Origin: Cyanophora paradoxa CCMP329 | Taxonomy: Eukaryota; Plantae; Glaucophyta | DNA: 64,000 nt | NCBI GenBank assembly: GCA_004431415.1 | Contig: QPMI01000119.1 | Span: 18,645-82,644 of the forward strand | Direction of reading: 5' to 3' | In this document: piece after piece, positions 42,201-52,339 of the stretch | Position numbering within the stretch: the first letter of the stretch is position 1 | How the letters are laid out: each line of letters starts with the position of its first letter | Notes under the pieces: model-generated | Databases searched by the model: none | What the model saw: the letters and a program-made list of their open reading frames with translations, nothing else | What the model was told of the DNA's origin: nothing | Position numbers and translations under genes: made by a program

Positions 42201-42459
42201 ATTTTATAGTGATGCAGTGATTACTACCTCTATCGAGAATAGCTACAACTCTGTAAATTGGGAAATGACCAACTGTGTATATATCGGACCTGAGTATGTT
42301 AATAATGAGAGAGTAGGACTAAAAACTAAGTTTACATGGATCGTTAGATTCACAGCTTTTGCATCAACTAATTTCACAAATGTCACAACAGCAAATCGCA
42401 CCCTTAAACTCCATTGGATTGCTGTCGGACCTCTCCAAAACAATAATATTCTCACGTAA
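39265..42459 (+). CDS. Fibre/spike protein with an alternative tip
   Basis: Central part near-identical to fibre 1; LHAVATSGxYxDL repeats; no S74 domain. Confidence 0.85.
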   Translation: MSFNYPANLQTIPSSGRGRADNKHVNFDNLTARGSISIDHSADEPSKTHRRMHALSINEMDPEKEDVSVAFSMGNVKSNQVAQIKATRSRPRKLKTSGTHPDIPTRFDSGRLIFNVQNEKGGHQSGLRIYNEGSNAIAQIPEILQIAPHGETNKIEFTNNVYPRDIVANSASNAQFGFQLPGDTAKNKASFTVNSSPTQPVTIHLHPDLVEMDRHLLPLVTNTKDLGIRTRQWRNIHGSNVYANGEKLVSEKTIREIFEYYGPVPVPFPLPWDPPDLTPKKQPGREYTADETVPFGQHIVSWEQVRNKPIIEPRKQIDEQYLPPEIDILELDEYQFVPDEEEYLPDGFDPQEYEYDQYAPNEEEYLPDGLDPQEYEYEQNYEPHEEYLPDGHEPPVVDYEQPYEPHEELLPDGFRPEIWEFFPDWEQINNKPARFPPEDHNHDWDEILGKPEKFPPEDHRHDWGDIDGKPTEFPPEDHLHIWSEIREQPTFASAGNVLLGDINNGVSLYQNIDTPARLQLNDYYVNRKGIDAGTTMEGELYIRPPTRNGILGLGGGIEIKDTKPGIYLTSYYADDIPMTGGLISLPSDPANYDDKNAAIQINVTDVSDLDSSRPKLIFSRERLLPDALLGNRDDYKQCEVSWIKTNYNGGVGEGVLEINQRAAAKNIHNETISRVVTEDYLRDNGATIIAGIAVEGAYLPLTGGTVTGDAHAPNFLVDTPNAQTFPVVHPGAEYILDANTPISRVELPTNFTFNLVDVFPNSHNLMYFSSENYLSGAFSPIELSIPKQKVSYKELTDVPAGFSGKWTDITEKPTWSSLAFTGDYYDLSRIPDFTTYIPRWIDQSVIISESTLPFNGTWDRLFTKPNLHAVATSGDYNDLTNTPTAPTLHAVATSGSYTDLVNTPNLHAVATSGNYDDLINTPTSPPTHNHSIELLTNFGNYVNANAYVQQGTANVVLENRIYNAGETFQLSGTVVFSTPFYSDAVITTSIENSYNSVNWEMTNCVYIGPEYVNNERVGLKTKFTWIVRFTAFASTNFTNVTTANRTLKLHWIAVGPLQNNNILT

Positions 42460-42479
42460 TTATAAAGAGCAATTTAAAG

Positions 42480-43436
42480 ATGACAACTGTATTCACGCCT
42501 GTGTTTTCTTTGAGTGCAAGTGCTGTCCACAATGTCCAACACACTGTTTATGATTTATCTCCAAGCCACCCTTCAACTGAAACAGCCAAAACCGATTCTT
42601 TTAATGAACAAAGCATACTCAGAGTCAAAGAACTCCGAGCTGACAAGGCTGATGGAGTCGTTAAAGCTACTTAAATGATCGTATCTAATCGACCCGCAAT
42701 ATCTTCGGGGCTGGTCACCAAAGAAAATCTATATGAAGGTCAACAGGATTCCAAAACGGCTTTTAATCCGGCTGATAGGAATTCGGCGGCTTTTCAAGTT
42801 TACAGTGGTGGGGCATGGATTGGGACTGGACTGAGTGTGAATGGGACAATAACAGCGACTTCTTATGGGGCTGTGAGTGCAACCACTGGGACGTTTTCAG
42901 GTCTCTTGACAGGAAATGGTGGAGTGAAAACAACTTCTGTCGATTCAGGAGCAGATTCTGATATAGTTTTGAAGCGAAATAATACAACGATAGCCACCAT
43001 CACAACTTCTGGTCTCAGTTTGGCGGATACTAAATATTTGAAGGCTAATTTGTACCCATCATGTCGTGTTTATCATGCAACATCTACTGCTTATACAGCT
43101 GGTCAGGTGATCAAATGGGCAAACATTTACTACAATGTTGGGGGATGCTATAATTCAGCTACTGGTATTTTCACATGCCCTGTGGCTGGGATGTATGTTG
43201 TATCTTTTGGTGCATATGCTGATTCATCTACCTGTGATGTTGTGTGTCGACACAACGGTTCATCTACATTTTTAAGTCTTTTGAGTATAAAAACAACTTC
43301 AACACAAGGAGGAAGCCCTTGTGCAACATTTAAAGCCAATTCGGGCGATTACTTTGATGTTGTTGTGTCCCAAGGGACAGCAACAATTATCGCAAGTCAA
43401 CAGAGTTTCTGTGTTGCATTAATTTATGCAGTATAA
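42480..43436 (+). pseudogene. ELRxDK-family protein with C-terminal C1q domain, interrupted by an in-frame TAA (42672-42674)
   Basis: ELRADKADGVVKAT*MIVSN versus paralogue ...GVVKTTRLLVTN; NVGGCYNSATGIFTCPVAGMY C1q motif. Confidence 0.82.
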
Positions 43437-43457
43437 TAAAATGTTTTGCTATAATAA

Positions 43458-43721
43458 ATGTCGAACATCTACCAAGTGGTTCTAACTGATACTGAAAAAC
43501 TGGGAATGGAATACTGTGCCTACTCTGTTCAGGATTGGATCGATAATGCTGCTCATAATCGGGCGAGAATTGCGATTGATGAGATTGTGGACAAAGAAGT
43601 TAAATCGTGTATTGCTGCTGGAATTCCGATTCCACTCACAAAGGAAGCGATTGTAGAGCAAGCCTTTAATCGGGGGACTGTTCGAAAGGCAAGCGAAATT
43701 CCTGTGAGTGCTCCTATGTGA
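43458..43721 (+). CDS. Small protein, possible fibre assembly partner
   Basis: QDWIDNAAHNRARIAIDEIV recalls small phage proteins found next to fibre genes (from memory, unsearched). Confidence 0.55.
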   Translation: MSNIYQVVLTDTEKLGMEYCAYSVQDWIDNAAHNRARIAIDEIVDKEVKSCIAAGIPIPLTKEAIVEQAFNRGTVRKASEIPVSAPM

Positions 43722-43846
43722 AGAATTCGAAGAATGAGAGATGGGTTTATTGTTATTTTTCATAGATCATGCATAAGAAAGGCATGTATCTTGCATGTCC
43801 TTCTTGAAAGTCGTTTATTTTTCTTTCCTTCTTAGTAAAAGAAGCA

Positions 43847-44700
43847 ATGGGTGAATATAATCGAGTTCAACTGCCCATATATTCCCTTGGATCCCCAGCA
43901 ATGCACTTTCGCCAGCATGAAGTTAATGATGAGGTTCGTGGTTTAGAATCAACAGAGAGACCCAATTCTAATGGTAACTCATTTGATAAAAACTCGATTA
44001 TTCGAGTAAAAGAACTGAGAGCAGACAAGAATTCTGGTGTGGTTAAAACAACTCGACTCCTTGTCTCAAATGCTAACTTCTTCCAACCTACTAATGGAGG
44101 TCCTGATGCTTACAGTGTTGATCTGAAAGCCCTCGATTTCGATAAGAATTCTGCTGCTGCTACAATTCGTTCAGGTGGAGCATTTATTGGTGGTGGTTGT
44201 CGAGTTTCAGGTCAACTTTCTTCATCGATTTCGTATAATGATGTCCCAGATACTCTTGAACAAAATGTGGAGAACCCACAACGAATTCGGTTCTATACCC
44301 CAGTTGCACAGCAACCTTTTCTGCATTTCTATATTGCATCATCTGTCACTCTTGAAAATTCAGAATTGGTTTCCATTACAGGAACTGATCGAGTGAGAAG
44401 GAATATTCCTCTTCCCACAGCAATGCTCTCAATGTGCAGAGCAAATAATAACCAACAGGGTCACAATTACCTATTCTTTGTTCAAGCATCAAATCATTTC
44501 GGTCGGGATATTGTGTTTATAACAATCTGACATTTACTTATGATTTGTTTGTCACTGAGGTTGGAGTTTACAATACTATGATTATGGGACTGAGAACAGA
44601 TATAGCAGCTGTTTCAGCACTTCGTGGGGTAAATGTTGCAGATATATTCACAACCGGATTCTATGCGGAGCCAGATATTATAGACGACCCCACCCCATAA
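43847..44700 (+). pseudogene. ELRxDK family member 1 with a 1-bp deletion at ~44505
   Basis: Adding one G restores GRGYC...RTDIAAVSALRG...EPDIIDDPTP*, matching 15390..16247. Confidence 0.88.
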
Positions 44701-44723
44701 AAGATATATCTGTTTAATATAAA

Positions 44724-45557
44724 ATGGCTGCCCCAGCACCAGTAGAGCGAATTATTACACCCCAGCTATCATTAGCAGCACCTGCAAATCACGTTTTACA
44801 GCATGCTACCTTTGATGATGTCGAAGGTCTCCAATCCACAGAAGTACAACCTACCATGAATACCTTTGGTTCAACCCATAAACTGAGATTGCAGGAACTC
44901 AGGTGTGATAAAAATAATGGTATAGTTAAGACAACGAAACTCCTTGTCACAAATGCAAACTTTTCTGCCCATTATGGAGACCCAGACAGTTATGGTGATC
45001 CTCTTTCTACTTATTCTTTTGAATCTCGGTCGGGAGCTATTAACTGCAAAACGGGGGGAGCATATATTGGTGATGGTCTTCGGATTGGTGGAGCTGTTGG
45101 TGCGCCTCTTTTCGTAAATGATCAACCCAATCCCATTGATCCCAACACCAGAATTCGCACCTATGTCCCCAGTATGAATGCACCATACATTATAAAGATC
45201 TTCCCAATTGTTGTGAATGAGCAGACATCAGTAGTTGATTCTCTTGTTGAGATTGGTGACCACTACAAGGTGGTCGTGGATATTCCACCAGATGTTTATG
45301 CTGTCTGTCAAGTAGAGGGTGGAACCCCAAATATTGCAGTTGTAATCACTCCATATGACAATTTCGGGATTGCTTATCATGGAGTGAATTTCGGTCTTGA
45401 AGATTACCAGTTCTTGGTGAGAGCCACCAGGTTTGGTATCTACAAATGCATTCTCTATGCTGAGAGAACCGATGCTATTGCAAAACAGAATACATATGCA
45501 GAATATTACGGCACAAATCGCTACTTCCCCATTTTCGGGCAGGATACTGCTCCATAG
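44724..45557 (+). CDS. ELRxDK family member 2
   Basis: Nearly identical to 16271..17098. Confidence 0.8.
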   Translation: MAAPAPVERIITPQLSLAAPANHVLQHATFDDVEGLQSTEVQPTMNTFGSTHKLRLQELRCDKNNGIVKTTKLLVTNANFSAHYGDPDSYGDPLSTYSFESRSGAINCKTGGAYIGDGLRIGGAVGAPLFVNDQPNPIDPNTRIRTYVPSMNAPYIIKIFPIVVNEQTSVVDSLVEIGDHYKVVVDIPPDVYAVCQVEGGTPNIAVVITPYDNFGIAYHGVNFGLEDYQFLVRATRFGIYKCILYAERTDAIAKQNTYAEYYGTNRYFPIFGQDTAP

Positions 45558-45584
45558 AAATCTCAGGTATATATAGAGAGAGGG

Positions 45585-45857
45585 ATGGATGATAAAACAA
45601 AGAAATTCATAAAATCTGCAATGATGGTTCATGGTGATGCTAAATTCGATTATAGTGAGACAGTGTATAAGAAAGCACAAGAGAAGGTCTCTGTTAGATG
45701 CCTTAAATGCAACAAGATCCTCCAAACCTACCCATTTAATCATGTAAGGGGAAGTGGATGCAGAGAGTGCAACAAGAAATCCTCTCATGCTTACAGAAAA
45801 AAGACTACATCAGGAATTGTGATAGATGATAAACCAGTGGTACTGTACTTTGATTAG
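45585..45857 (+). CDS. Zinc-ribbon protein (DUF723-like, homing-endonuclease-associated)
   Basis: HGDAKFDYS..Y...V..RC..C...P.NH..GSGC..C. Confidence 0.7.
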   Translation: MDDKTKKFIKSAMMVHGDAKFDYSETVYKKAQEKVSVRCLKCNKILQTYPFNHVRGSGCRECNKKSSHAYRKKTTSGIVIDDKPVVLYFD

Positions 45858-46043
45858 ATCTTTGAGAGAGAAATGAGAATCCTTCCCCATTTTCCCTTGG
45901 TGATTATGCATGTGTCAAAGCAGTTTGGACAGGTCTTGTGGTAGTGCAACAGAATGATATCCACCAACTCATAAGGTAGCACTCTTGCTAAGATGGTTCG
46001 CATTCTACCAATCGCGTTTTTAATTTTTCTAAATTATTCATAA

Positions 46044-46445
46044 ATGAATACTCATCGAGGCTTCCATGTGATGCTGGATTACAAATTCAGAACCCAATTA
46101 GCAGTAGGAATGGAGGACTTGGAGACAACAACCAGGTGGTTAATGCAGTTCTTGCAAACTATTATTCAAGAGCAAGGTATTCGAGTAGTTCACAAGCATT
46201 GCGAGATTTTCGATGGTGGTATTTCTCCTCCTGGTTTTGCAATGGTTCTTCTGCTGGATGAGAGCCACTGCACTGCTCATTGTTACTCAAATGAAGGTAT
46301 GTTGGCGATTGATATATTCAGTTGTGGATTAGAAGCAGAGAGAAAAACCACGAGAGTATCTCATGAGATAGATGAGAGAATAACAGGTGTGTTTTCAGGG
46401 TTGGAGAAATCGGAGAAACATAGAGTATTGCGATTTCCGAGTTAG
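46044..46445 (+). CDS. speD: S-adenosylmethionine decarboxylase proenzyme (prokaryotic SpeD-like family)
   Basis: PPGFAMVLLLDESHCTAHCY..EG..AIDIFSCG: ESH self-cleavage site and DxFxCG. Confidence 0.88.
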   Translation: MNTHRGFHVMLDYKFRTQLAVGMEDLETTTRWLMQFLQTIIQEQGIRVVHKHCEIFDGGISPPGFAMVLLLDESHCTAHCYSNEGMLAIDIFSCGLEAERKTTRVSHEIDERITGVFSGLEKSEKHRVLRFPS

Positions 46446-47527
46446 TTGACACTGAGAAATTCAGAATTTCAGATGGGCTTACTGAAAATGGTGTAGTAGG
46501 CACTTTAAAAATCGAAGTAGGCACTTTTTAATTGAAGTTAGGCACTTTTAATTGACGTTAGGCACTTAGGCACCTTTTCTGGAAATTCTCTATAAAAACT
46601 AAAATCAACGTTTTGAAAAACACAAGTTGATGTATTTGGGACTTCTTTTTAATTCTCGATTAAGAAGTGCCTAACCGCCTAAACCGCCTACCAAAGATGC
46701 CTACTTCGATTGATCGATCGGAGACCATGCAACTCTGTGACAATTTTTCGAAGAGAAAATGCCCATCCCCAATCTTCTCAATTGTTTAATTGGAGACCAT
46801 GCAACTCTGTGACACTTTTTCAATGCAAAAATGTACATCAGCAATCTCATCGATTGTTTAATTGGACATAATGCAGTACCGATATATTCCAATAGAAAAT
46901 CCCGCAATCTAATCGATTGTTTAATTGGAGATAATGCAACTCTGTGACACTTTTTGGGTGCAAAAATGTACATCCGCAATCCCATCGATTGTTTAATTGG
47001 ACATAATGCAACTCTGTGACACTTTTTGCGTTTTTCGATACAGAATGGGCGGTGGTCTACTTCAATACCAAAGAGATATATCGAGTTTATGCGAATTTAT
47101 GCGAATTTATGCGAATTAATCGCGATTATATCGTTCTTTAAGTAGTTTAATGTTAATCAATCGAAGTTATATATGTAATCGACAAAGAACATATTATATC
47201 GATATAATATCGATTGAATCAATCGTGAATATGCATTAAATTAAACGCGTTTATCATTTTTAATACAAAGTTTGCATTATTTTATACAAAGTTTGCATTA
47301 TTTTATACAAAATTTGCATTATTTTATACAAAATTTGCATTATTTTATACAAAATTTGCATTATTTTATACAAAATTTGCATAAAAAGTTAAAGAAATTA
47401 ATCGATAAATATGTATTTTAGTATTAAATTAACACATATTGAAAAACGAATTTAAATCCAGAGTGAATCGAGATCGCGAAGCGATCGAGATGAACGAAGG
47501 GATTTAAATTCGTTTTTCAATATGTGT
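46353..47527 (-). repeat. Right terminal inverted repeat (terminal hairpin 47432-47527)
   Basis: Reverse complement of 20339-21513. Confidence 0.96.
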
Positions 47528-47533
47528 GCTGCC
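47528..47533 (+). repeat. Right target-site duplication GCTGCC
   Basis: Matches 20333-20338. Confidence 0.95.
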
Positions 47534-50500
47534 TGCGCCTTGCAGTGGCTTCCCGCGTTCTCGAACGCCCGCTTCGCCGAATCGAACTGTCGACGCTCAA
47601 GAAACTGCTGCCCGCGTGCCTCCCACTCGGCTGGCGAGCTCTCTTTGATGCGGGGTGCACCCTCCAGCTCCGCGCTCGCAACCTGTGACCCCAGTTTCTG
47701 TGAGGCGATCGAGATGTCAGGAAGTAAGACCAGAAGTAAAATGCAAGGCGGGGGGCGCGCCTGCACGACTTTGCATGACAAGAGAAGGCCAAAGATCGGC
47801 TGGCTGAGCGATTCTTTCTCGTCGTACATCCTGCAAACGGCGCAGGAAAAGAAGTGAGCTGGATCGGAGCTAGAAGTGAACAGCAGATGGAGTGAGATGT
47901 ATGTCTGTGTACCATACAGCGCGCTTTGCGCGAGTGATCGCTGTGTATAAATGCTTCAACTCCGTAGCGACCAGCCGGTGCTTGTGCGGATCAAAGCAGC
48001 CACCACCTCGTTTGTTGACCTTGCAATTGACCTCTTCGGGCTCTTCGCATTTCAGATTCTCATTCGGAAGCGAGAGCGAGAACGCTTGTGCGGACCTGGC
48101 GCTCAAGAGATTCGAAGTCAACGGGTGCCGCTGGCCCGCCTGAACCAGGAATGGCCGTGGACGCTTTGGCTCGCAGCTCCATTCTGGCCCTGAACTCGCG
48201 GACTGCTTCGCGCCACATCGCTATCCGCTCGCGATCGTCGCCGCCCGGAGAGTCCTTGAAGAAATTGAATCTGCAAGGAAACATGAGCTGCACCCCAGAG
48301 AGAGGCAGCCGAGCCGCGCGACGCCGCACAAGAGGACATCTTCGAACTCCAGGCCTTTAGTCTCCTCCACCGTCAGTATGTTCGACCGCCCAAGCGCTTT
48401 TTCCAGCGGCGCCTTCAACACTTCCCCCCTCACAATCACGACCTGTGCATGCCCCGGAGTCGGCGTGAGGCAGACATGGATGAAAACGCCACAGCATGCA
48501 GACCTGATCAGCGCCCAGGTGAAGCTCGGGCGAAGGACACTTGGCCGCCTGGGAGCCGAAAAAGGACGCAGCAAGGTCCGGGAGATTGCGGAACGGAAGC
48601 AACGTCGGCTTCGGCCCACTCCGTAACCCTGCGCGAGCCTGAGCAGATCCAGACGCGGATAGGCCATGCCAAATGACCGCCGAGAAAGCACGGCGCACCG
48701 GTGTCGTGCGGGAGGACATCGATCTCGCGGTGGAATAAAAGCTCGAGCATATCGACGACAATGGAGGAGCACACTAGAATTTCTGAGTGAGACCGATAAT
48801 TCTGCATATGCATCCACGTTGGCGTGACTGACGCGACCGACTTGAATGCACGCATTTGAATTCGCACCTGAGTGAGACGCCAGATGGGACCATGATCGGG
48901 AGAGACCAGCGCGCAGCGGGCAAACCCCGTGGCGCCCACTTCAGAGTGGAAGAGGGAACGCAGGTCGCAGAAGCGGAACGAAAGGCCACGGGCGATTGTC
49001 TAATGGTTCGTCAGTGGCACGATCTTACATGTGGATCAAATGCGAGGTCAGCACTTGGCACGTGTCCCCGCAGAAGAAGAGCCCCCCTGGATCGCCGCAC
49101 ACGGCCGCCACCAGCGCCAGTTCCGCCTGCGTAAAGTCCTGCACCTGCAGCGGAAGTCGCGGCCAGCTTGCGACGCCGAACGCAGCCGGCTCGCCTCGTC
49201 GACGATGATCTCGTGCAGAGGCGGCCCCCTGTACCCGGCCAGAGCCACCTCGCGGTAGATGTGATGAACGGCGTCCTGAGCGATCGTGAACCACAGCGAT
49301 CGGCGTCACGTGCACTCTAGATCTCCTTGCAGAAATGAACCACAAAAAATACGCACGGTGACATCATAGAGGTTGCGGCGTCGCTTTGCGTCACGGTAGG
49401 CACCGTGCAGCTCGTAGATAGCCTGGCGCTGCTCCTCGTCCAGCCGCGACCTGCACTCAGAAAGCTCAGCGAGCCTAGTGAAGGGACGGGCAGGGTTGGA
49501 AAACGCACCGGTTGCGTCCAAGCGCCAGGTACGCGTCCCGATCAAGGTACCCCTCCTCGCAACCAAGGCTCTCAGCACTGCCCCTGCAAAAGTATATCGA
49601 TATGAGAAGGCAGTGGAACACGATGCTCAGAAAAAGGGGCACTGGATCAGGGAGAGGAACTCGGTCCAGACGAGCACCGGGTGTGGAAGGTGGAGCTTCG
49701 CGGCACCCTTGGCCGATGAGAGGGCGGGCCAGAGCTCCTCCTCGAACAGCTCGAACGTCACCAGCCGCGCCCCCGGCGGCCGTGGAAAGAACCTCCGCGC
49801 CAGCGTCCCGTCCACCAGCTGCAGCCACTTGCGCCCCGTCACTGTACATGTCGCGGGAATGAGCGGATGGGTCGAGGTGCGGAGAGGGGGCATGGCTCGA
49901 ACCGAAGAGGGGGTACGAGCCATCGGAAACAGCGGCCAGCGAGTCGGGGAGCTCGTCATCCGTGCGGCCGAGCGGAGGGAGGGGCTCCTCGCCCTCCAGA
50001 GGCCGGGAGAGGAGCGCGTGACCCTCCTCCTGTCCGGAGCTGGGATGCGCACGGGGGGCGGGAGCGACGACGCGGGCCTGGGAGGCTCACGAGGCGGGAG
50101 AAGAGGCGGCGGACTTCGGCGAGGAGCGAGGGGTTCATCGTGAGAAAGACGGCGCGCAGGTGCCCCGACGGCAACCGCGTGGCCCCGCGCCCCAGCGACC
50201 AGTACGCGTGGTAGCGCGCCCACAGCCTGCGAAAATAGACGGGGTCAGCCGAGTTGCAGGCTTTGAGATCGGCTCAGCCGCGCCGCACCGAACGATGGCG
50301 CAGCTTGTCTTGCCCGTGCCGCTTCTGCCGACGGCGAGGACGGGGCCGGCCGCGCAGATCAAATTCAGCCCCGCCGTCCTTATCATGAGGCGCGGCGCCA
50401 CGATCAGGGAAGGTGTCCAGAGAAGAGATACTCGCGCGGCGAACAAAATTTCGGCACGATCGGCAGGCGAGACGTCGTCAGAGCCGCTGGCGAGCGAGCG

Positions 50501-51760
50501 CCCCGCGAGTGCCCTTCGAGCGGTGTCTGCCGCGAGGGATCGCACGTCTCGCAGCACCCGCACGTCTGCAGACCGGTACGTCAACGCTAACATCCGTGAA
50601 TCCGCTTCTGTACGAGTGGGCCCGCGGACCGTCCTCGATGCGGGGACGAGCTTGAGGGTTCGCGGCCGCGCGGCCCTCCTGCGGCCCATCTGCGGCCACT
50701 CCGGAAGGCGGCTCGACGGCGGCCAGCGCGGAAAGCTCCAGCGTGAACTCCTCCACCAGAAAGTCGGTGGGAGGCCGCTCCTCTGCCGGCAGGCTCCGCG
50801 GGGCGCGCACTCCGTTCGCGTCCGGCGGACGCGCCGGGGGGCGCGGCAGCACGCATACGGCCGCCTGCCGCCGCCGGAAGCGCCTGCAGATCCCCTCCAC
50901 GGATGCTTGGACGCCGTCGTGGCTGCATACGTCCCTGCACATGTCGCGGCGATGATCGAGGCGCCGGGCAGCAGGCGGGCGGGCGGAGGCCGGCACCAAA
51001 GGAGGATCTTGTCACGCCAGCAGGCATGCCGCTCTGAGAAGCCGAATACCTGTGAGCGGGGGATCATGATCAGCGCGGACTTGAGCGCGCGCGTCTTGGG
51101 GCGGAGAAGGACCTCCTCCCAGAGCAGCCGCCAGCCGAGCGGCAGGCACGTTTCAAAGAGCGCGAGGTTCGCTTCGACCTGCTCGCAGCCCGCGTGAGAG
51201 GCCGGCTTGGCTCCGAGTGGCGACGTACGTGGGTGAGGGGCTTCGCGTGGTTCACCGCGCTCCTGAAATCGCGCCCTTCGACCAGCAGCCGCAGCTTCTT
51301 GAGCGTGGGAACTCGCAGTGCGGAGTCGAGGTTCCGCCACGACCTAAAGAAGCGCCTCGTGACCTCCACCTCCCTGCGAGCCGTACGCGTCGCGGCATGA
51401 GCTGCTGGTATGGTATATGTAGACGGATGCGCACCAGCAGTCCCGGCCGCGTGAGGTTTCGGCGAGCTCCGCAGCGAGCGCCTGCACGCTCACATTACGC
51501 TGGTCCTCGCCAGCGTCCAGATCTGCAGCTCCAGCTGCAGGAGCGCCAGCCGCAGTCGCGACCGCGGCTGCCGGGGCCGGCGCGGGACCGGGCGCGTGCT
51601 CATCGGCTCCAAGTACGATCGGCGGGAGCGGAGGGATCGGCGATCGCTCCCGCTGAGCGTCGAGGTACTCGATGGCGGTTTCCATCGCGGGCGGGGCTCA
51701 CCCCATCATGTCTATCGCATTCTTCACGATCCAAAGCTTGATACAAACGCCGCGGAACAT
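47528..51760 (-). CDS. Host TRANK1-like UvrD/SF1 helicase, 5' exons (multi-intron; start approximate)
   Basis: GRSGTGKT, IVDE..QDF, FCGDTCQ, NYRSH, KGLEFEDV, ELKHLYTAITRA, SSPAEW. Confidence 0.85.
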
Positions 51761-52339
51761 CCTAGCAGGTCCGGTCAAGGTCCGGAAGACGCAATGCATC
51801 CGGCTGCGGCGCCGCCGCGCCGGTGGCCATGGGGACTTGCAATTGACGGGCCTGGTACCTGGGTACGTGGGCAGTAAGCTGCTGCATGCGCAGGTACCGG
51901 TACCGCGCGCGGCCGGCCGCGGTGGAGCTCCGAGGCTCGCGATCGAGTCAGCGGCCACGCGCCGCGCCGGCCGAGGCCCCGCGCGGCCTGTACTGATACA
52001 TATCGATCATGATCAAATAGCTATATATAGCGGGCCATTACTAAGTTCACGGTTAGCGGCAGCTCGCCGACTCCGGCAGACTCCGCGGCCGTCATGATAT
52101 CGATCAGTCCTTGCCAGCCTGGCAGCTCGCGATCGGCAAGTCTGGTAGTCGGATCGCGACCAACAGATCCAGATCTAGACTGTCGGACTCCGGGGTCCAC
52201 GGGGGCTCGAGCCGCACACGGCGATCCCGCTGGTGCATTACAGACTCACCGGGGGGTCGCCAGGGTGCATGCGCAGCCTCGCAGGCGAGTAAGTTACTAG
52301 AGGAGCTAGCTTGAAAGAAGGGGGGCGGGGCGGGACGGG

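Larger units (their letters stand above)
20339..47527. mobile_element. Complete endogenous Polinton-like virus, element 2 (27,189 bp; termini ACACA...TGTGT)
   Basis: 1,175-bp TIRs, 6-bp TSD, full set of replication, integration and virion genes. Confidence 0.96.
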
